From contig NC_015913.1 in assembly GCF_000270205.1 (NCBI RefSeq), forward strand, positions 210,001-242,000: 32,000 bases of DNA. Reading direction: 5' to 3'. The DNA comes from Candidatus Arthromitus sp. SFB-mouse-Japan. GTDB taxonomy: Bacteria > Bacillota > Clostridia > Clostridiales > Clostridiaceae. The notes beneath the pieces are model-generated. The model worked only from the letters and a program-made list of their open reading frames with translations. It searched no databases and had not been told where the DNA came from. Every line of letters starts with the position of its first letter. Position 1 is the stretch's first letter. The translations under genes and the position numbers were made by a program. Positions 10,057 to 19,459 of this stretch are shown piece by piece.

Positions 10057-13000
10057 TTGGGGAAAACGTTTAGAAAATTTAGAAGTCTTGCATTCTTTTT
10101 ATGTTTTATGTTTATATTTGAATTTTTAGTTTTAAATTTTGGTATTAAGTCAAAAGAGGCAAAAGCTTCTACAATAAATGCCATTGTATCTATCGATTAT
10201 GATTTTAAAATTGTTGATAACAAAATTGCATTTGATTTTACAAAAAGTTTATCAGAAGGAGACTCTATTGAAAGTATTGTTTTGAAAAAAGGAGAAAGTA
10301 ATTTAAATATTAAGGCACATGATAAAGCAAAGAAGATCTGGACAACAGATGTTCTTTTTGAAAAAGCACAATATGAGCTTAATATTACATTGAATACTAA
10401 TAATTCAGTAAAAAAATTAATTTCTACATTTTACTATGAAGATTATGAAATGGAATATTTTGTACCTGTAGTTAAGGCAGATGGGAATAATTTAAAGATT
10501 ACTGGTTTAACAAATTGGGCAAATAAATTTTTAGAAACAGATGGTGTAATTATTGATATTTTAGCAAGCAATGGCACTGTAGTTATTCCAGAAGTCACAA
10601 AGACAATTAAGGAATGCAAGAGTGATATTGTACTAACTGGTGCTAAATCAAAATTAACTAATCTTAAAGCATATGTTGTAAGAGCTAGATTGAGAGAGTC
10701 TGGTACAGAATTTAACCGAATTTTTTTAAGTGAATATACTGCAGATAGTAATAATGCGGCTAGACAAATGAATTCTAAGATAAAATCTATTACTAGAAGA
10801 GATAATGGAAATTATGATATTGATGTTTCTGTATATTATAATGTGGCATCTGATGCTTCGCTTTATATTTATTATGCTGGTTCTAATTTAGGATCAACCT
10901 CAGAAAGAGAGAGTAATAATAAAAAGATATTTAAATTTCAGGATATTCCAATTACTCTTGGTACAAGATGTTTTCTTAAAGAAGGTGGTAGTGCAGTTAG
11001 AGAAGACTATTTAGGATTTTATGAAAAAACTAAATTAGATGCTAGTAAAATTAATTGTGAAAGTTTAACACTTATCAATGATGAGGCTAGAGGAGTAAAA
11101 ATAAAGCTTAATAAGTCTATGAGAGATGTTTTTTCAACTACTGGGGGAAATAATAAAGTAGTTATTTATGAGCTTAATGATAATTTAGGTAAAACTAAAA
11201 TTGCTGAACAAAGCAGTATAAATTCTCTTAGTACAAATAATATTAATCTTAATAATGATAAAGTTTTGGAAAAAGGAAAAGCTTATTTTATTGAATTTAC
11301 AAATGGAGAAAAATCATTTGGTCAGTCATTTATATATTATCCTATAAATTCATCAGCATCAGAGATAAAAGAAACATCTGTTAAAATAACTTGGAGTTAT
11401 CCAAGCGGATATATACCAGCATCTGGAGATAGGGTTGAGATATTTTTAAGAGATAAGGCAAGTAGTGATACTTTTTCATCAATACCAAAATTAACTTTAG
11501 CTCATGGAAATAATGGTGTTAATTTTTCAAATACTAGCTCAACTGTTGTAACTGGAATGGCTCCAGGAACTAATTATGAGGCGAAAATTGTTTTATATAA
11601 CCAAAGGGCAATAACAAATACCTTTGTAGATTTTACAACACTTCCTTTTGCACTTACTAATTTTATTGAAGTTGAAAATTGTCAGTATAGGGATGCTTAT
11701 TATAAGGAGGCATGGCCTAGGAATAGAGAGGTTAATATAACTTGGGATTTTGAGCCAACTAATATGCAATTCAATGAAGGTGATAAAGTTGAAATCTTTA
11801 TAAAACCAAATGGTAGTGGTGCTTTTTCAGGGTATCCAAATACCATAAATTCAGTTGATTCGTCCTATTCTAACCCAGTATTTTCGGCTACGCAGAATTT
11901 AAATAGTGTTAAGAGAGCAACTATTAAAATGCCTAGTTGGGAAAAAAACTATCATGTTGACCTGATTTATACGATAGGTGGTAAGCAAATAATAACAAAC
12001 AAGCCATCTGGTACAGAAGGTGAAGATGGATATAATAGGAGAACTATTAATTCTAGACCAGGACCAGTTACTATAAATATTATTGATCAAAAACAGACTT
12101 CAGCTAAGATTGTTTGGCAAGTAGATACAGGCGATGAAAATAATGAATTTACTCCATATCAGCCAGAAAATGGGCATTTAGTAAAAGTACATTTAAGGAA
12201 AGTAAATTCTTTAAACGATACTAGCACTGCTTTTTATGATCCAGATAAAATTTTTGAATATGTTTATGGTCAAAATTGGAATTATAGTAGAGATCCTCAA
12301 GAATATATGTTAGAAAATCTTGAACCAGATCAATGTTATAGAGCTAGAATTCAGCATTTAGTACAGTTTCCAGAAAATTTTAATGGGGCTAGTTATGCAG
12401 GAAGTACAGCTTACTTTAATTTTAAAACAGAAGCTTTTAGCATTACATCATTAAATTCAGAAAATCAGACAGATGATATATCAAAGGTAAAACTTAAGTG
12501 GGAAACTCAAGGTGAAGTTGAGTTTGGAGAAGATGATAAACTAGAAGTATTCTTAAAAGAGAGTACTAGCTCAGAGTATCCAGAAACACCTATACAGGAT
12601 TTGAATTTAACCCCATCAACTTCGAAAGAAGCAACAATAGAAGTTCCAAGATTTAATACTCTTTATAACGCTAAAGTTGAATACACAATCAAAGGTAAAA
12701 AGATTAATAAGTATGTTTTAGTTCAAGTAGATGCAGAACTTAATATTGATGTTACTGATATTAAAACTGCAAATAATAATTGGACTGCAAAAGTTAAATG
12801 GACTTATCCAGATGGATATAAGGAAAATAATAGAACAAATGATAAAGTTAAATTAACTGTAACAAAGAAAGAAGAATCAACAAGAAATTCGTCTCTTCCA
12901 AATAATGAAGAAATAGCAGTTACGACAAAAGAAAACACTTTAACGGATCTTGAAGCAAATGCAACCTACGATGTTACACTTAAATTCTTAAATGATGGGC

Positions 13001-15813
13001 AAGAAGTTTATAGTACTTCAACTAGCTTTAAAGCAACAACTGATTTACAAATTGTAGGATTAAATACGTCAAATGTTAAGACCAAAACAGGTACAATAAA
13101 TTGGAGTTTTTCACCTAGTGATAAGAGTTTTAGTAATAGTGATAAGGTTGAGATATTTATAAAAGAAAATACTAAGACATCAAGAAGTGATGATTTATCA
13201 AACTTTACGAAAATTTATACCATGACTCAAGGTGCTAGTACTAGAAGTGGAGATGAAAATATTGTAGTACTTTCAAGTGAACCACAGCATACACAACATG
13301 TAAATAAGACAGGGGATCTTAGAACCTTTAAATCTCTAGATTTAAAGAATTTAGGAGTTAATAAAGATTATACTCTAAAAGTTAGATATACTATGACTGA
13401 AAGTGGATCAAGAGAGGGTGAAAGAGCAGGAGAGACTAAGACTTCAGAGGCAGAAGTAAAACTTAAAACACAGGTTGATGAACTTAAAGCTACAGTTTAT
13501 GTATCAAATCAAACTTCTGCAACATTTGGTTGGGAATATCCACCAGAGTATGAACTTCAAGAAGGAGACAAGATAGAGATTTTTGTTAAAGAGCTTAGTG
13601 AAGAAGGAGGAAATTCAGAAACAAGAGATAGTGGAATTAGCACAGATTATAGTGATCCACTATTAACATTAACTCATGCATCAAGTCAGAATCCAGAAGA
13701 AGGCAAATATGATATGAATGAGGTTACAGCAGTTGATGTATCGGGATTAACACCAGAGAGGAGATATAAATCTAAAATTAAATTTACTATGGGAACAGGG
13801 GAGGATAGCTATTTTATAGAAAAAGAAGTTGATATATCAACAAAATCATTTGAGATAAAGTCATTTGAGATGGATAGTTATCAGGAATACGATATACTAG
13901 TTAACTGGACAGTAGAACCTGAAAATATGGTATTTAATCCAGCAGATACATTAAAGATATTTGTAAAACCTGCAACTGAAGATGCGTATCCAGATGAACC
14001 AGAATATAGTCTTAGGTATGAAGAAAATGCTGCAGGCAAGAGTATAAATAATACTTTTGGTGATTATGTATTAGCTCACTCTCTTGGAGTTGATCAGAAA
14101 ATGAAACTAGAATATAAGGTCGGAGAGAGAACTTATGAAAAAGAACTAGAGTTTAATAATAAGATAAACCCAATTAAAGCGGAAGCAACTGAAGTTAATG
14201 AAACAAGAGCATTAATAAGTATTACTCCACCAGATAATTATGAATTTGTTAGTGGGGATAAACTTTTAATATACGCTATGGATGAATTTTCTGATGGCGA
14301 TTTAATAGATGAAAATAATTTGGTATTTGAGGGAGTTCAAACAGATACTGCTAATATAGCTGATATGACTTTAATTGAATTAAGTTATCTACTACCAGAA
14401 GCAAAATATGATATAGCAATTGTATTAGACTTAGAAGATGGTTATGTCGAGCCAGTACAATTTGAGCTAACTACAACAGGACTTTCACTTACTGATATAA
14501 AACTTGAACAATTAAAATACAATGAGGCACTTATATCATGGAATTATGGTAAAAATGCAATAGATTTCTTTGAAGATTCTGATTACAGTATGACAGATAA
14601 ATTAATAATAGCTCATAAAGAATCTGATGGAACACCTATGCCAGAAGATATAAATTTATTAAAGCAGTTATCTAATACAGAGTATTTAGGAGAGAAAATT
14701 AACTCTGTAGGTGATGCGAGCATAAAAATTGAAGATCCATCAAAAGATTATGATGTTGCCGTTTGTTATGATCTCGGAGGACTATTGTATATGAAAACAT
14801 TTAAAGCATCGTATTTATCAGCATCAGTTGATGAAGCATCAATAACATCAGAAGGAGCAAAAATTAATTGGAAATATCCAACTAATATAACATTTGGAGA
14901 TGCTGATAAAACAGAGGTTTTTGTAAGAAAATCAGATGAAACAAATTATCCAGATTCAGCATCCTTAACATCAACTGGATCAGGAACAACTTCAGGGGAT
15001 TTAACAGGATTAGAAGGTGGGGCATCATATATAGCAAAAGTTCAAATAACCAAAGAAGGACTTCAAATAGATCCATTTGAGGTAACTTTTGAAACACAAG
15101 CAGGATTTGGGGAAGAAACAATAATTGAAGAAATACCTATGGATATTCAAGGAACTGCAGCTGAATTTGTAATACCAGCAGAACTTCCAGTAGATACATC
15201 AGGAACTATTTCATTAAGTATGGGTGATGAGGTTTATCAAGGTTTCACAGCTACATTTAATGAAGATGGAACAGGATTTACAATAGCTCCAACAATACCT
15301 AAGAAGGTTTATACAAACATTGAATTGGAAATTCCATTAGAAAATGGCTCAACTCACAAAATTATAATTCCTGAGTTTACAACACAACCAGAAGATTTAG
15401 CTCAAGATTGGTTAAGTAATGCATACTGGTTTGCATTTGAGAGATTTCCAGATGAGGAAGGATATAATTATTGGTATGCACATAGAATGAAACCAAAAAC
15501 ATTAAATGGCGAGTACTTCTTAAAGAATTTGATGTTCGCTGAAGATGAGTTTACAAATAGAAACTTAGCAGATAATGATCTTATAGCAGCATTATATCAA
15601 ATAGTTGTTAATAGGGAATATGATCAGGGAGGACTTGAATTCTGGATAGGAATATACAATGAAAATCTTCAAAATGCTCAAGGCAACAAAAAGCTTGCCC
15701 AAGAAGTTTTGGTTGATAGAATGGTTCACGAACCAGAGTTTGGAAAGCTTTGTGATAAGGTTGGAATATTCTGGAGACAACAAGATCAAGATGCAGCTGG
15801 AGTGGTTGCGTAA
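10057..15813 (+). CDS. secreted giant surface or adhesin-like protein: signal peptide, degenerate N-terminal modules, ~11 FN3-like modules, C-terminal DUF4214-like domain
   Basis: 1918-aa uninterrupted ORF in a genome where random frames close quickly. AGGAGG lies 9 nt before TTG 10057. Sec-type signal peptide (basic MGKTFRKFR, hydrophobic core, AKA|ST). Recurrent FN3 signatures (xxIxW...DKVEIFIK...L.gL.p...Y.vkv). The C-terminus shows the DUF4214 pattern. The product name is descriptive only. Confidence 0.85.
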   Translation: MGKTFRKFRSLAFFLCFMFIFEFLVLNFGIKSKEAKASTINAIVSIDYDFKIVDNKIAFDFTKSLSEGDSIESIVLKKGESNLNIKAHDKAKKIWTTDVLFEKAQYELNITLNTNNSVKKLISTFYYEDYEMEYFVPVVKADGNNLKITGLTNWANKFLETDGVIIDILASNGTVVIPEVTKTIKECKSDIVLTGAKSKLTNLKAYVVRARLRESGTEFNRIFLSEYTADSNNAARQMNSKIKSITRRDNGNYDIDVSVYYNVASDASLYIYYAGSNLGSTSERESNNKKIFKFQDIPITLGTRCFLKEGGSAVREDYLGFYEKTKLDASKINCESLTLINDEARGVKIKLNKSMRDVFSTTGGNNKVVIYELNDNLGKTKIAEQSSINSLSTNNINLNNDKVLEKGKAYFIEFTNGEKSFGQSFIYYPINSSASEIKETSVKITWSYPSGYIPASGDRVEIFLRDKASSDTFSSIPKLTLAHGNNGVNFSNTSSTVVTGMAPGTNYEAKIVLYNQRAITNTFVDFTTLPFALTNFIEVENCQYRDAYYKEAWPRNREVNITWDFEPTNMQFNEGDKVEIFIKPNGSGAFSGYPNTINSVDSSYSNPVFSATQNLNSVKRATIKMPSWEKNYHVDLIYTIGGKQIITNKPSGTEGEDGYNRRTINSRPGPVTINIIDQKQTSAKIVWQVDTGDENNEFTPYQPENGHLVKVHLRKVNSLNDTSTAFYDPDKIFEYVYGQNWNYSRDPQEYMLENLEPDQCYRARIQHLVQFPENFNGASYAGSTAYFNFKTEAFSITSLNSENQTDDISKVKLKWETQGEVEFGEDDKLEVFLKESTSSEYPETPIQDLNLTPSTSKEATIEVPRFNTLYNAKVEYTIKGKKINKYVLVQVDAELNIDVTDIKTANNNWTAKVKWTYPDGYKENNRTNDKVKLTVTKKEESTRNSSLPNNEEIAVTTKENTLTDLEANATYDVTLKFLNDGQEVYSTSTSFKATTDLQIVGLNTSNVKTKTGTINWSFSPSDKSFSNSDKVEIFIKENTKTSRSDDLSNFTKIYTMTQGASTRSGDENIVVLSSEPQHTQHVNKTGDLRTFKSLDLKNLGVNKDYTLKVRYTMTESGSREGERAGETKTSEAEVKLKTQVDELKATVYVSNQTSATFGWEYPPEYELQEGDKIEIFVKELSEEGGNSETRDSGISTDYSDPLLTLTHASSQNPEEGKYDMNEVTAVDVSGLTPERRYKSKIKFTMGTGEDSYFIEKEVDISTKSFEIKSFEMDSYQEYDILVNWTVEPENMVFNPADTLKIFVKPATEDAYPDEPEYSLRYEENAAGKSINNTFGDYVLAHSLGVDQKMKLEYKVGERTYEKELEFNNKINPIKAEATEVNETRALISITPPDNYEFVSGDKLLIYAMDEFSDGDLIDENNLVFEGVQTDTANIADMTLIELSYLLPEAKYDIAIVLDLEDGYVEPVQFELTTTGLSLTDIKLEQLKYNEALISWNYGKNAIDFFEDSDYSMTDKLIIAHKESDGTPMPEDINLLKQLSNTEYLGEKINSVGDASIKIEDPSKDYDVAVCYDLGGLLYMKTFKASYLSASVDEASITSEGAKINWKYPTNITFGDADKTEVFVRKSDETNYPDSASLTSTGSGTTSGDLTGLEGGASYIAKVQITKEGLQIDPFEVTFETQAGFGEETIIEEIPMDIQGTAAEFVIPAELPVDTSGTISLSMGDEVYQGFTATFNEDGTGFTIAPTIPKKVYTNIELEIPLENGSTHKIIIPEFTTQPEDLAQDWLSNAYWFAFERFPDEEGYNYWYAHRMKPKTLNGEYFLKNLMFAEDEFTNRNLADNDLIAALYQIVVNREYDQGGLEFWIGIYNENLQNAQGNKKLAQEVLVDRMVHEPEFGKLCDKVGIFWRQQDQDAAGVVA
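11350..15100 (+). repeat. intragenic array of ~11 divergent FN3-like modules (repeated at protein level, not at nucleotide level)
   Basis: The conserved B-strand Trp codon recurs at 11392, 11743, 12115, 12499, 12799, 13102, 13531, 13906, (Ile at 14221), 14539 and 14869. The period is 100-143 aa. Each is followed by (D/E)-K-h-E-h-F-h-K and later by L-x-x-L-x-P/x-x-x-Y-x-h-K-h. Confidence 0.7.
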
Positions 15814-15819
15814 AAATAA

Positions 15820-15850
15820 AAGTGGTGAGGATTTCCTTACCACTTTTTTA
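15820..15850 (+). terminator. Rho-independent terminator after the giant gene
   Basis: AAGTGGTGAGG (15820-15830) pairs with CCTTACCACTT (15835-15845) with one G:U pair and a 4-nt loop. A T6 run follows. Confidence 0.8.
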
Positions 15851-15929
15851 CATATATAAATTACCCTTTTTAAACGATGGATTTTATATTATAATGTGAT
15901 TGGTTGAACATAAAAGGAGAGTTTAATTT

Positions 15930-17393
15930 ATGGTGAACAATAGAAAACAAATATCTAAAATTGCATTACTTCTTATGACATTCTCTGCAATCTTTAATTT
16001 TCCAAATATAATAAATAATAGTATACAGATAGGACTAGCCAACATATCCGGATATTTATTCTCAACTGTAGTTTATTTTATTCCGATTACATTTATAGTA
16101 GCTGAATTTATATCCATAAATAAAGATAGTGAATCGGGCATATATAGCTGGATAAAAACTTCTTTAGGAGATAAGTGGGCGTTTTTGGGTGCTTGGTCTT
16201 ATTTCTTTGCAAATTTATTTTATTTTACATCCCTTATTCCAAACACTTTAATATATGCATCCTATACTCTTTTTGGGAGAAATCTGTTTGATGGGAAAAG
16301 CAGTACTTTTATTTTAGCTTTGGCAAGTGTTATACTTTTTTGGATTGGAACTTATGTTTCAATAAAGGGGGTAAAAGTTTTATCTAAGGTTACAAATATT
16401 GCAGGTATAGCTAAAATATTAATGGGAATTTTATTTATAATATTAGCTTTTGTATTTGTGTTTTTTATGAAAAATCCTCCAGCACAAGAGTTTACGGTTG
16501 AAACTTTAACCCCAAAATTTGATTGGACGTTTTTTATGGTTATGGCATGGATACTTCAATCACTCGGAGGATCTGAAAGCACAGGAGTTTATGTTAAAGA
16601 TACAAAAGGAGGAATAAAGTCTTTTATAAAAACTATAATAACAGCTGTTATTTTAGTTGGTATTATGTATACTTTAGCGTGTGTTGCTATAGGACTCGTG
16701 GTACCTAGGGAAGTTTTAGAAAATAATTATTCAAACGGAATATTTAATGTTTTTTCTATATTAGGTGGTTATTTTGGAATACCTAATATGTTGATGAATA
16801 GATTTATAGGTTTAATACTTCTACTCTCAAATCTTGGATCGCTTGTTATATGGACATCTGTACCTGTTAAAGCTCTATTTTCTGAAATACCTAAAGGAGT
16901 ATTTGGGACTTGGGTTGCTAAGACTGATGAGTTTGGAACTCCATATAATGCACTAAAGGCTCAAGCCATTATAGTAACAGTTTTATTGTTGATACCAGGG
17001 ATTGGCATTGGATCTTTGGAAAGTTTTCTTGAAACCGTTATAAATATGACAGCTGCGACTTATCTCATTCCAATACTTTTTTTGCTTATAGCTTATATTG
17101 TTCTTAGGCTTAAAAAGAATAATATTGAAAGAGATTTTAAAATGGGGAATAGAGGATTCGGAATTTTTATGGGAATACTTTTATTTCTTATATTAATATT
17201 TGTGATATTTATGTCTATATTCCCTGAGCCAGCGTTAATTTTTGATGCTATAAATGGAATTATACCAGAAGGAGAAGGAAATCCTATAATTATATGTGCT
17301 TATAAAGTTTTAGGGCTTATTGTGTTTATATGGTTTGCTCTTATATGTTGGGGAAGACATTCTAAGAATAAGTTAAATATAGATAAGAATTAA
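15930..17393 (+). CDS. APC-superfamily amino acid permease (YjeM/GadC-like subfamily)
   Basis: 487 aa with ~12 hydrophobic segments. The segment FIPITFIVAEFISINKDSESGIYSWIKTSLGDKWAFLG matches the conserved AE...GGIYSW...G..AF block of this subfamily. AAGGAGA SD. Confidence 0.85.
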   Translation: MVNNRKQISKIALLLMTFSAIFNFPNIINNSIQIGLANISGYLFSTVVYFIPITFIVAEFISINKDSESGIYSWIKTSLGDKWAFLGAWSYFFANLFYFTSLIPNTLIYASYTLFGRNLFDGKSSTFILALASVILFWIGTYVSIKGVKVLSKVTNIAGIAKILMGILFIILAFVFVFFMKNPPAQEFTVETLTPKFDWTFFMVMAWILQSLGGSESTGVYVKDTKGGIKSFIKTIITAVILVGIMYTLACVAIGLVVPREVLENNYSNGIFNVFSILGGYFGIPNMLMNRFIGLILLLSNLGSLVIWTSVPVKALFSEIPKGVFGTWVAKTDEFGTPYNALKAQAIIVTVLLLIPGIGIGSLESFLETVINMTAATYLIPILFLLIAYIVLRLKKNNIERDFKMGNRGFGIFMGILLFLILIFVIFMSIFPEPALIFDAINGIIPEGEGNPIIICAYKVLGLIVFIWFALICWGRHSKNKLNIDKN

Positions 17394-17425
17394 AAGCTAT
17401 GGAAATTTTCTATAGCTTTATTTAT
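17393..17425 (+). terminator. possible terminator after the permease gene
   Basis: AAAGCTAT (17393-17400) pairs with ATAGCTTT (17412-17419) around an 11-nt loop, followed by a T-rich tail. The stem is short. Confidence 0.45.
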
Positions 17426-17507
17426 GTTTTTATAAAAATAATTTAAAATTGTTGTATTAAATGAGGTCAATCAGGAAATTAATAAATTTATATATTAGGA
17501 GATAAGT

Positions 17508-18035
17508 ATGGGCAGAAAAATTGTACTTAATTTAGCTATGAGCCTTGATGGATATATTGCTAAAGAAAATGGAGAGTATGATTGGATAAAGGGTCAAGGT
17601 GATAATTCTTTAGATACTGATGATAAATGGAGATATGAAGAATTTTTAAATGATGTAGATGTTGTTTTGATGGGAAGAGATTGTTATGATCTAGGATTTC
17701 ATAAAGATTTTGAGGGTAAAAAGATATTTGTAGCTACTTCGAAAAAACTTGAGAATTATGATAATATTCATTTTATAAATGGAGATATAGTATCAATAAT
17801 ACTTGAAGAGTTAAAGAAGGATGGTAAAAATATATTTTTGTTTGGTGGGGGAGTAACGCTTACTCAATTTATATCTAGAAATATAATTGATGAGTATATT
17901 ATAGGAATTATACCTGTTATACTTGGTAAAGGTAGGAGACTCTTTGTTCAGGAAAGTGATATCTTGATCAAACTAAAATTGATTAAATATTTAGTTGATG
18001 ATGGGATTTTGATATTAAGGTATAGTAAATGTTAA
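17508..18035 (+). CDS. dihydrofolate reductase-like protein (RibD C-terminal domain family)
   Basis: 175 aa. KIVLNLAMSLDGYIA at the N-terminus, VVLMGRDCYD and LFGGG. This is the RibD_C / DHFR-fold pattern. AGGAGA SD. Confidence 0.75.
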   Translation: MGRKIVLNLAMSLDGYIAKENGEYDWIKGQGDNSLDTDDKWRYEEFLNDVDVVLMGRDCYDLGFHKDFEGKKIFVATSKKLENYDNIHFINGDIVSIILEELKKDGKNIFLFGGGVTLTQFISRNIIDEYIIGIIPVILGKGRRLFVQESDILIKLKLIKYLVDDGILILRYSKC

Positions 18036-18063
18036 AATATTTTTAGAAAGGAAGCTTGTCTAA

Positions 18064-18552
18064 GTGTTAAGGAGAGCAACCATTCAAGATTTACATAAAA
18101 TAGTTTATGTTTTTAATGAATCAATGGAAGATATGGAAGAACATGGATATGATAAATTGGACTATCTAGGAGAGGATACTTTTAGAGATGGAATAGAAAA
18201 TGGATATATTTATGTAAGGGGTATTGGAACAGATATTGGAGGTTTTATATTTATAAGTAGCAATGAGATATTAAATTCATCTCATATAAAATGGAGTAAA
18301 AATATAACAGGTACTTCTTTTCATAGCATAACCATTAATAAAAATTATAAGGATAGAGGTATTGAAGAAGAACTTATATTTCTTGCAGAAGATATATCAA
18401 GAAAATATAGGTTAAATTATGTAAGAGGATGTATATATGAATTAAATACGGATACAATAAGAGCGGTTGAAAAATTTAACTATAGATTTGTTGGCGATAT
18501 ACATAAAGAGAATATGAAATATTTTTTTCGTTGTTATGAAAAACTTTTATAA
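18064..18552 (+). CDS. probable GNAT-family N-acetyltransferase
   Basis: 162 aa. An N-terminus like RRATIQDLHKIV and a central ITINKNYKDRGIEEELI resembling the acetyl-CoA binding (Q/R-x-x-G-x-G/A-like) segment. GTG start. Pattern-level call only. Confidence 0.55.
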   Translation: MLRRATIQDLHKIVYVFNESMEDMEEHGYDKLDYLGEDTFRDGIENGYIYVRGIGTDIGGFIFISSNEILNSSHIKWSKNITGTSFHSITINKNYKDRGIEEELIFLAEDISRKYRLNYVRGCIYELNTDTIRAVEKFNYRFVGDIHKENMKYFFRCYEKLL

Positions 18553-18584
18553 AACCTATTGAAATATTTCAATAGGTTTTTTTA
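18552..18584 (+). terminator. Rho-independent terminator
   Basis: Perfect 28-nt palindrome AAACCTATTGAAAT/ATTTCAATAGGTTT (18552-18579) running into a T7 run. Confidence 0.75.
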
Positions 18585-18621
18585 TATGTTAAAATAGTAT
18601 TAAGTAAGGAGGGGTTGATTT

Positions 18622-19350
18622 GTGTCTACTATTTATATAATAATACTTCTCGTTTTAATCTTATGTTTTATATTTAGGGATATAATATTTAAGGTATTAA
18701 AAGGAGAGAAAAGCAATTTTTATAAATCAAAGAAGGTAACTACACAAGAATATAACATATGTGAGCCAGAAGGAAGAAATATATTGATAGATATACTAGA
18801 TACTGATGTAAAGATATTGGGAGATGAGAATATAAAGGATATTTTTATACAGACTAGTTATTTAGTTGATGAGTTTTTTTATGATATATCTCATGATCAA
18901 AAAACTATAAAGATTATAAGAAATAATAAAGAAAATTTTAAGGAAATAGGAAATTGTGGACGTGTTTTAATAAAAGTACCTATAAATAAAATGCTAAATG
19001 ATATTGAAATATCAGTCAATAATGGGGATATTGAGATATACGATATAACTTCACATGAATTGAAGATTGAGTGTGGGAATGGTGCTTTAAGACTTGATTC
19101 AAGTAGGGTAAAGAGCATAAACCTTTCTAAATCTAATGGCGATGTGTATTTATCGCATGTATGTGGAGATTCAATTGATCTTGATATTAAAAATGGTAAT
19201 GGTGATTTTGTTGATGTACACACTGAAAGAGTTCATGTAAATGTTTCTAATGGAGATTTTATATACGCAAATGCAGATGAGAATTATAAGATAGGTGATT
19301 TAAAAGTTAATGTAGATAATGGTAAGAAGAAGTTAAAAGTGAATTATTGA
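18622..19350 (+). CDS. membrane-anchored DUF4097-family protein (putative beta-helical adhesin-like / LiaG-like)
   Basis: N-terminal TM helix (IYIIILLVLILCFIF). It is followed by repeated NGD-containing beta-strand rungs (NNGDIEIY, GNGALRLD, SNGDVYLS, NGNGDFVDV, SNGDFIY, DNGKKKL). GGAGG lies 9 nt before GTG 18622. Confidence 0.7.
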   Translation: MSTIYIIILLVLILCFIFRDIIFKVLKGEKSNFYKSKKVTTQEYNICEPEGRNILIDILDTDVKILGDENIKDIFIQTSYLVDEFFYDISHDQKTIKIIRNNKENFKEIGNCGRVLIKVPINKMLNDIEISVNNGDIEIYDITSHELKIECGNGALRLDSSRVKSINLSKSNGDVYLSHVCGDSIDLDIKNGNGDFVDVHTERVHVNVSNGDFIYANADENYKIGDLKVNVDNGKKKLKVNY

Positions 19351-19356
19351 TTTTAA

Positions 19357-19382
19357 ATAGTGCATTTTGCACTATTTTTTAT
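19357..19382 (+). terminator. Rho-independent terminator
   Basis: ATAGTGCA pairs with TGCACTAT around a short T loop, followed by TTTTTTATT. Confidence 0.7.
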
Positions 19383-19385
19383 TAT

Positions 19386-19415
19386 ATAAATGTCATCATT
19401 ATTGATGACATTTAT
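19386..19415. promoter_or_regulatory. perfect 12-bp inverted repeat upstream of the mtl promoter (candidate MtlR operator)
   Basis: ATAAATGTCATC (19386-19397), a 6-nt spacer, then GATGACATTTAT (19404-19415). It ends 15 nt upstream of the putative -35. No T-run follows, so it is unlikely to be a terminator. Confidence 0.35.
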
Positions 19416-19429
19416 GAAACTTGTTTTAA

Positions 19430-19459
19430 TTGAAACCGTTTAACATAATTCATTATAAT
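19430..19459 (+). promoter_or_regulatory. candidate sigma-A promoter of the mtl operon, with an overlapping cre-like element
   Basis: TTGAAA (19430-19435), an 18-nt spacer, then TATAAT (19454-19459). TTGAAACCGTTTAAC at 19430-19444 matches 8 of 10 defined positions of the cre consensus WTGNAANCGNWNNCW. Confidence 0.4.

Noticed and set aside
10057-15813. Nucleotide-level tandem repeats in the giant gene, as recombination or copy-number variation substrates
   Set aside because: The modules are recognisable only at protein-motif level. I saw no long identical or near-identical DNA stretches between modules.
11899-15859. Short ORFs inside or overlapping the giant gene (11899..12090 -, 14882..15121 -, 15592..15843 -, 15659..15859 +)
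   Set aside because: They are nested in a 5.7-kb ORF with clear domain periodicity. They have no SD or recognisable motifs. 15659..15859 merely runs out of frame across the terminator.
9779-15929. Genomic island or prophage integrated at the 3' end of ssrA, a classic integration hotspot
   Set aside because: There is no integrase, recombinase or phage gene. I found no direct repeat of the tmRNA 3' end downstream of the giant gene. The composition looks like the rest of the window. Acquisition of the giant gene at this site remains possible but is unsupported.
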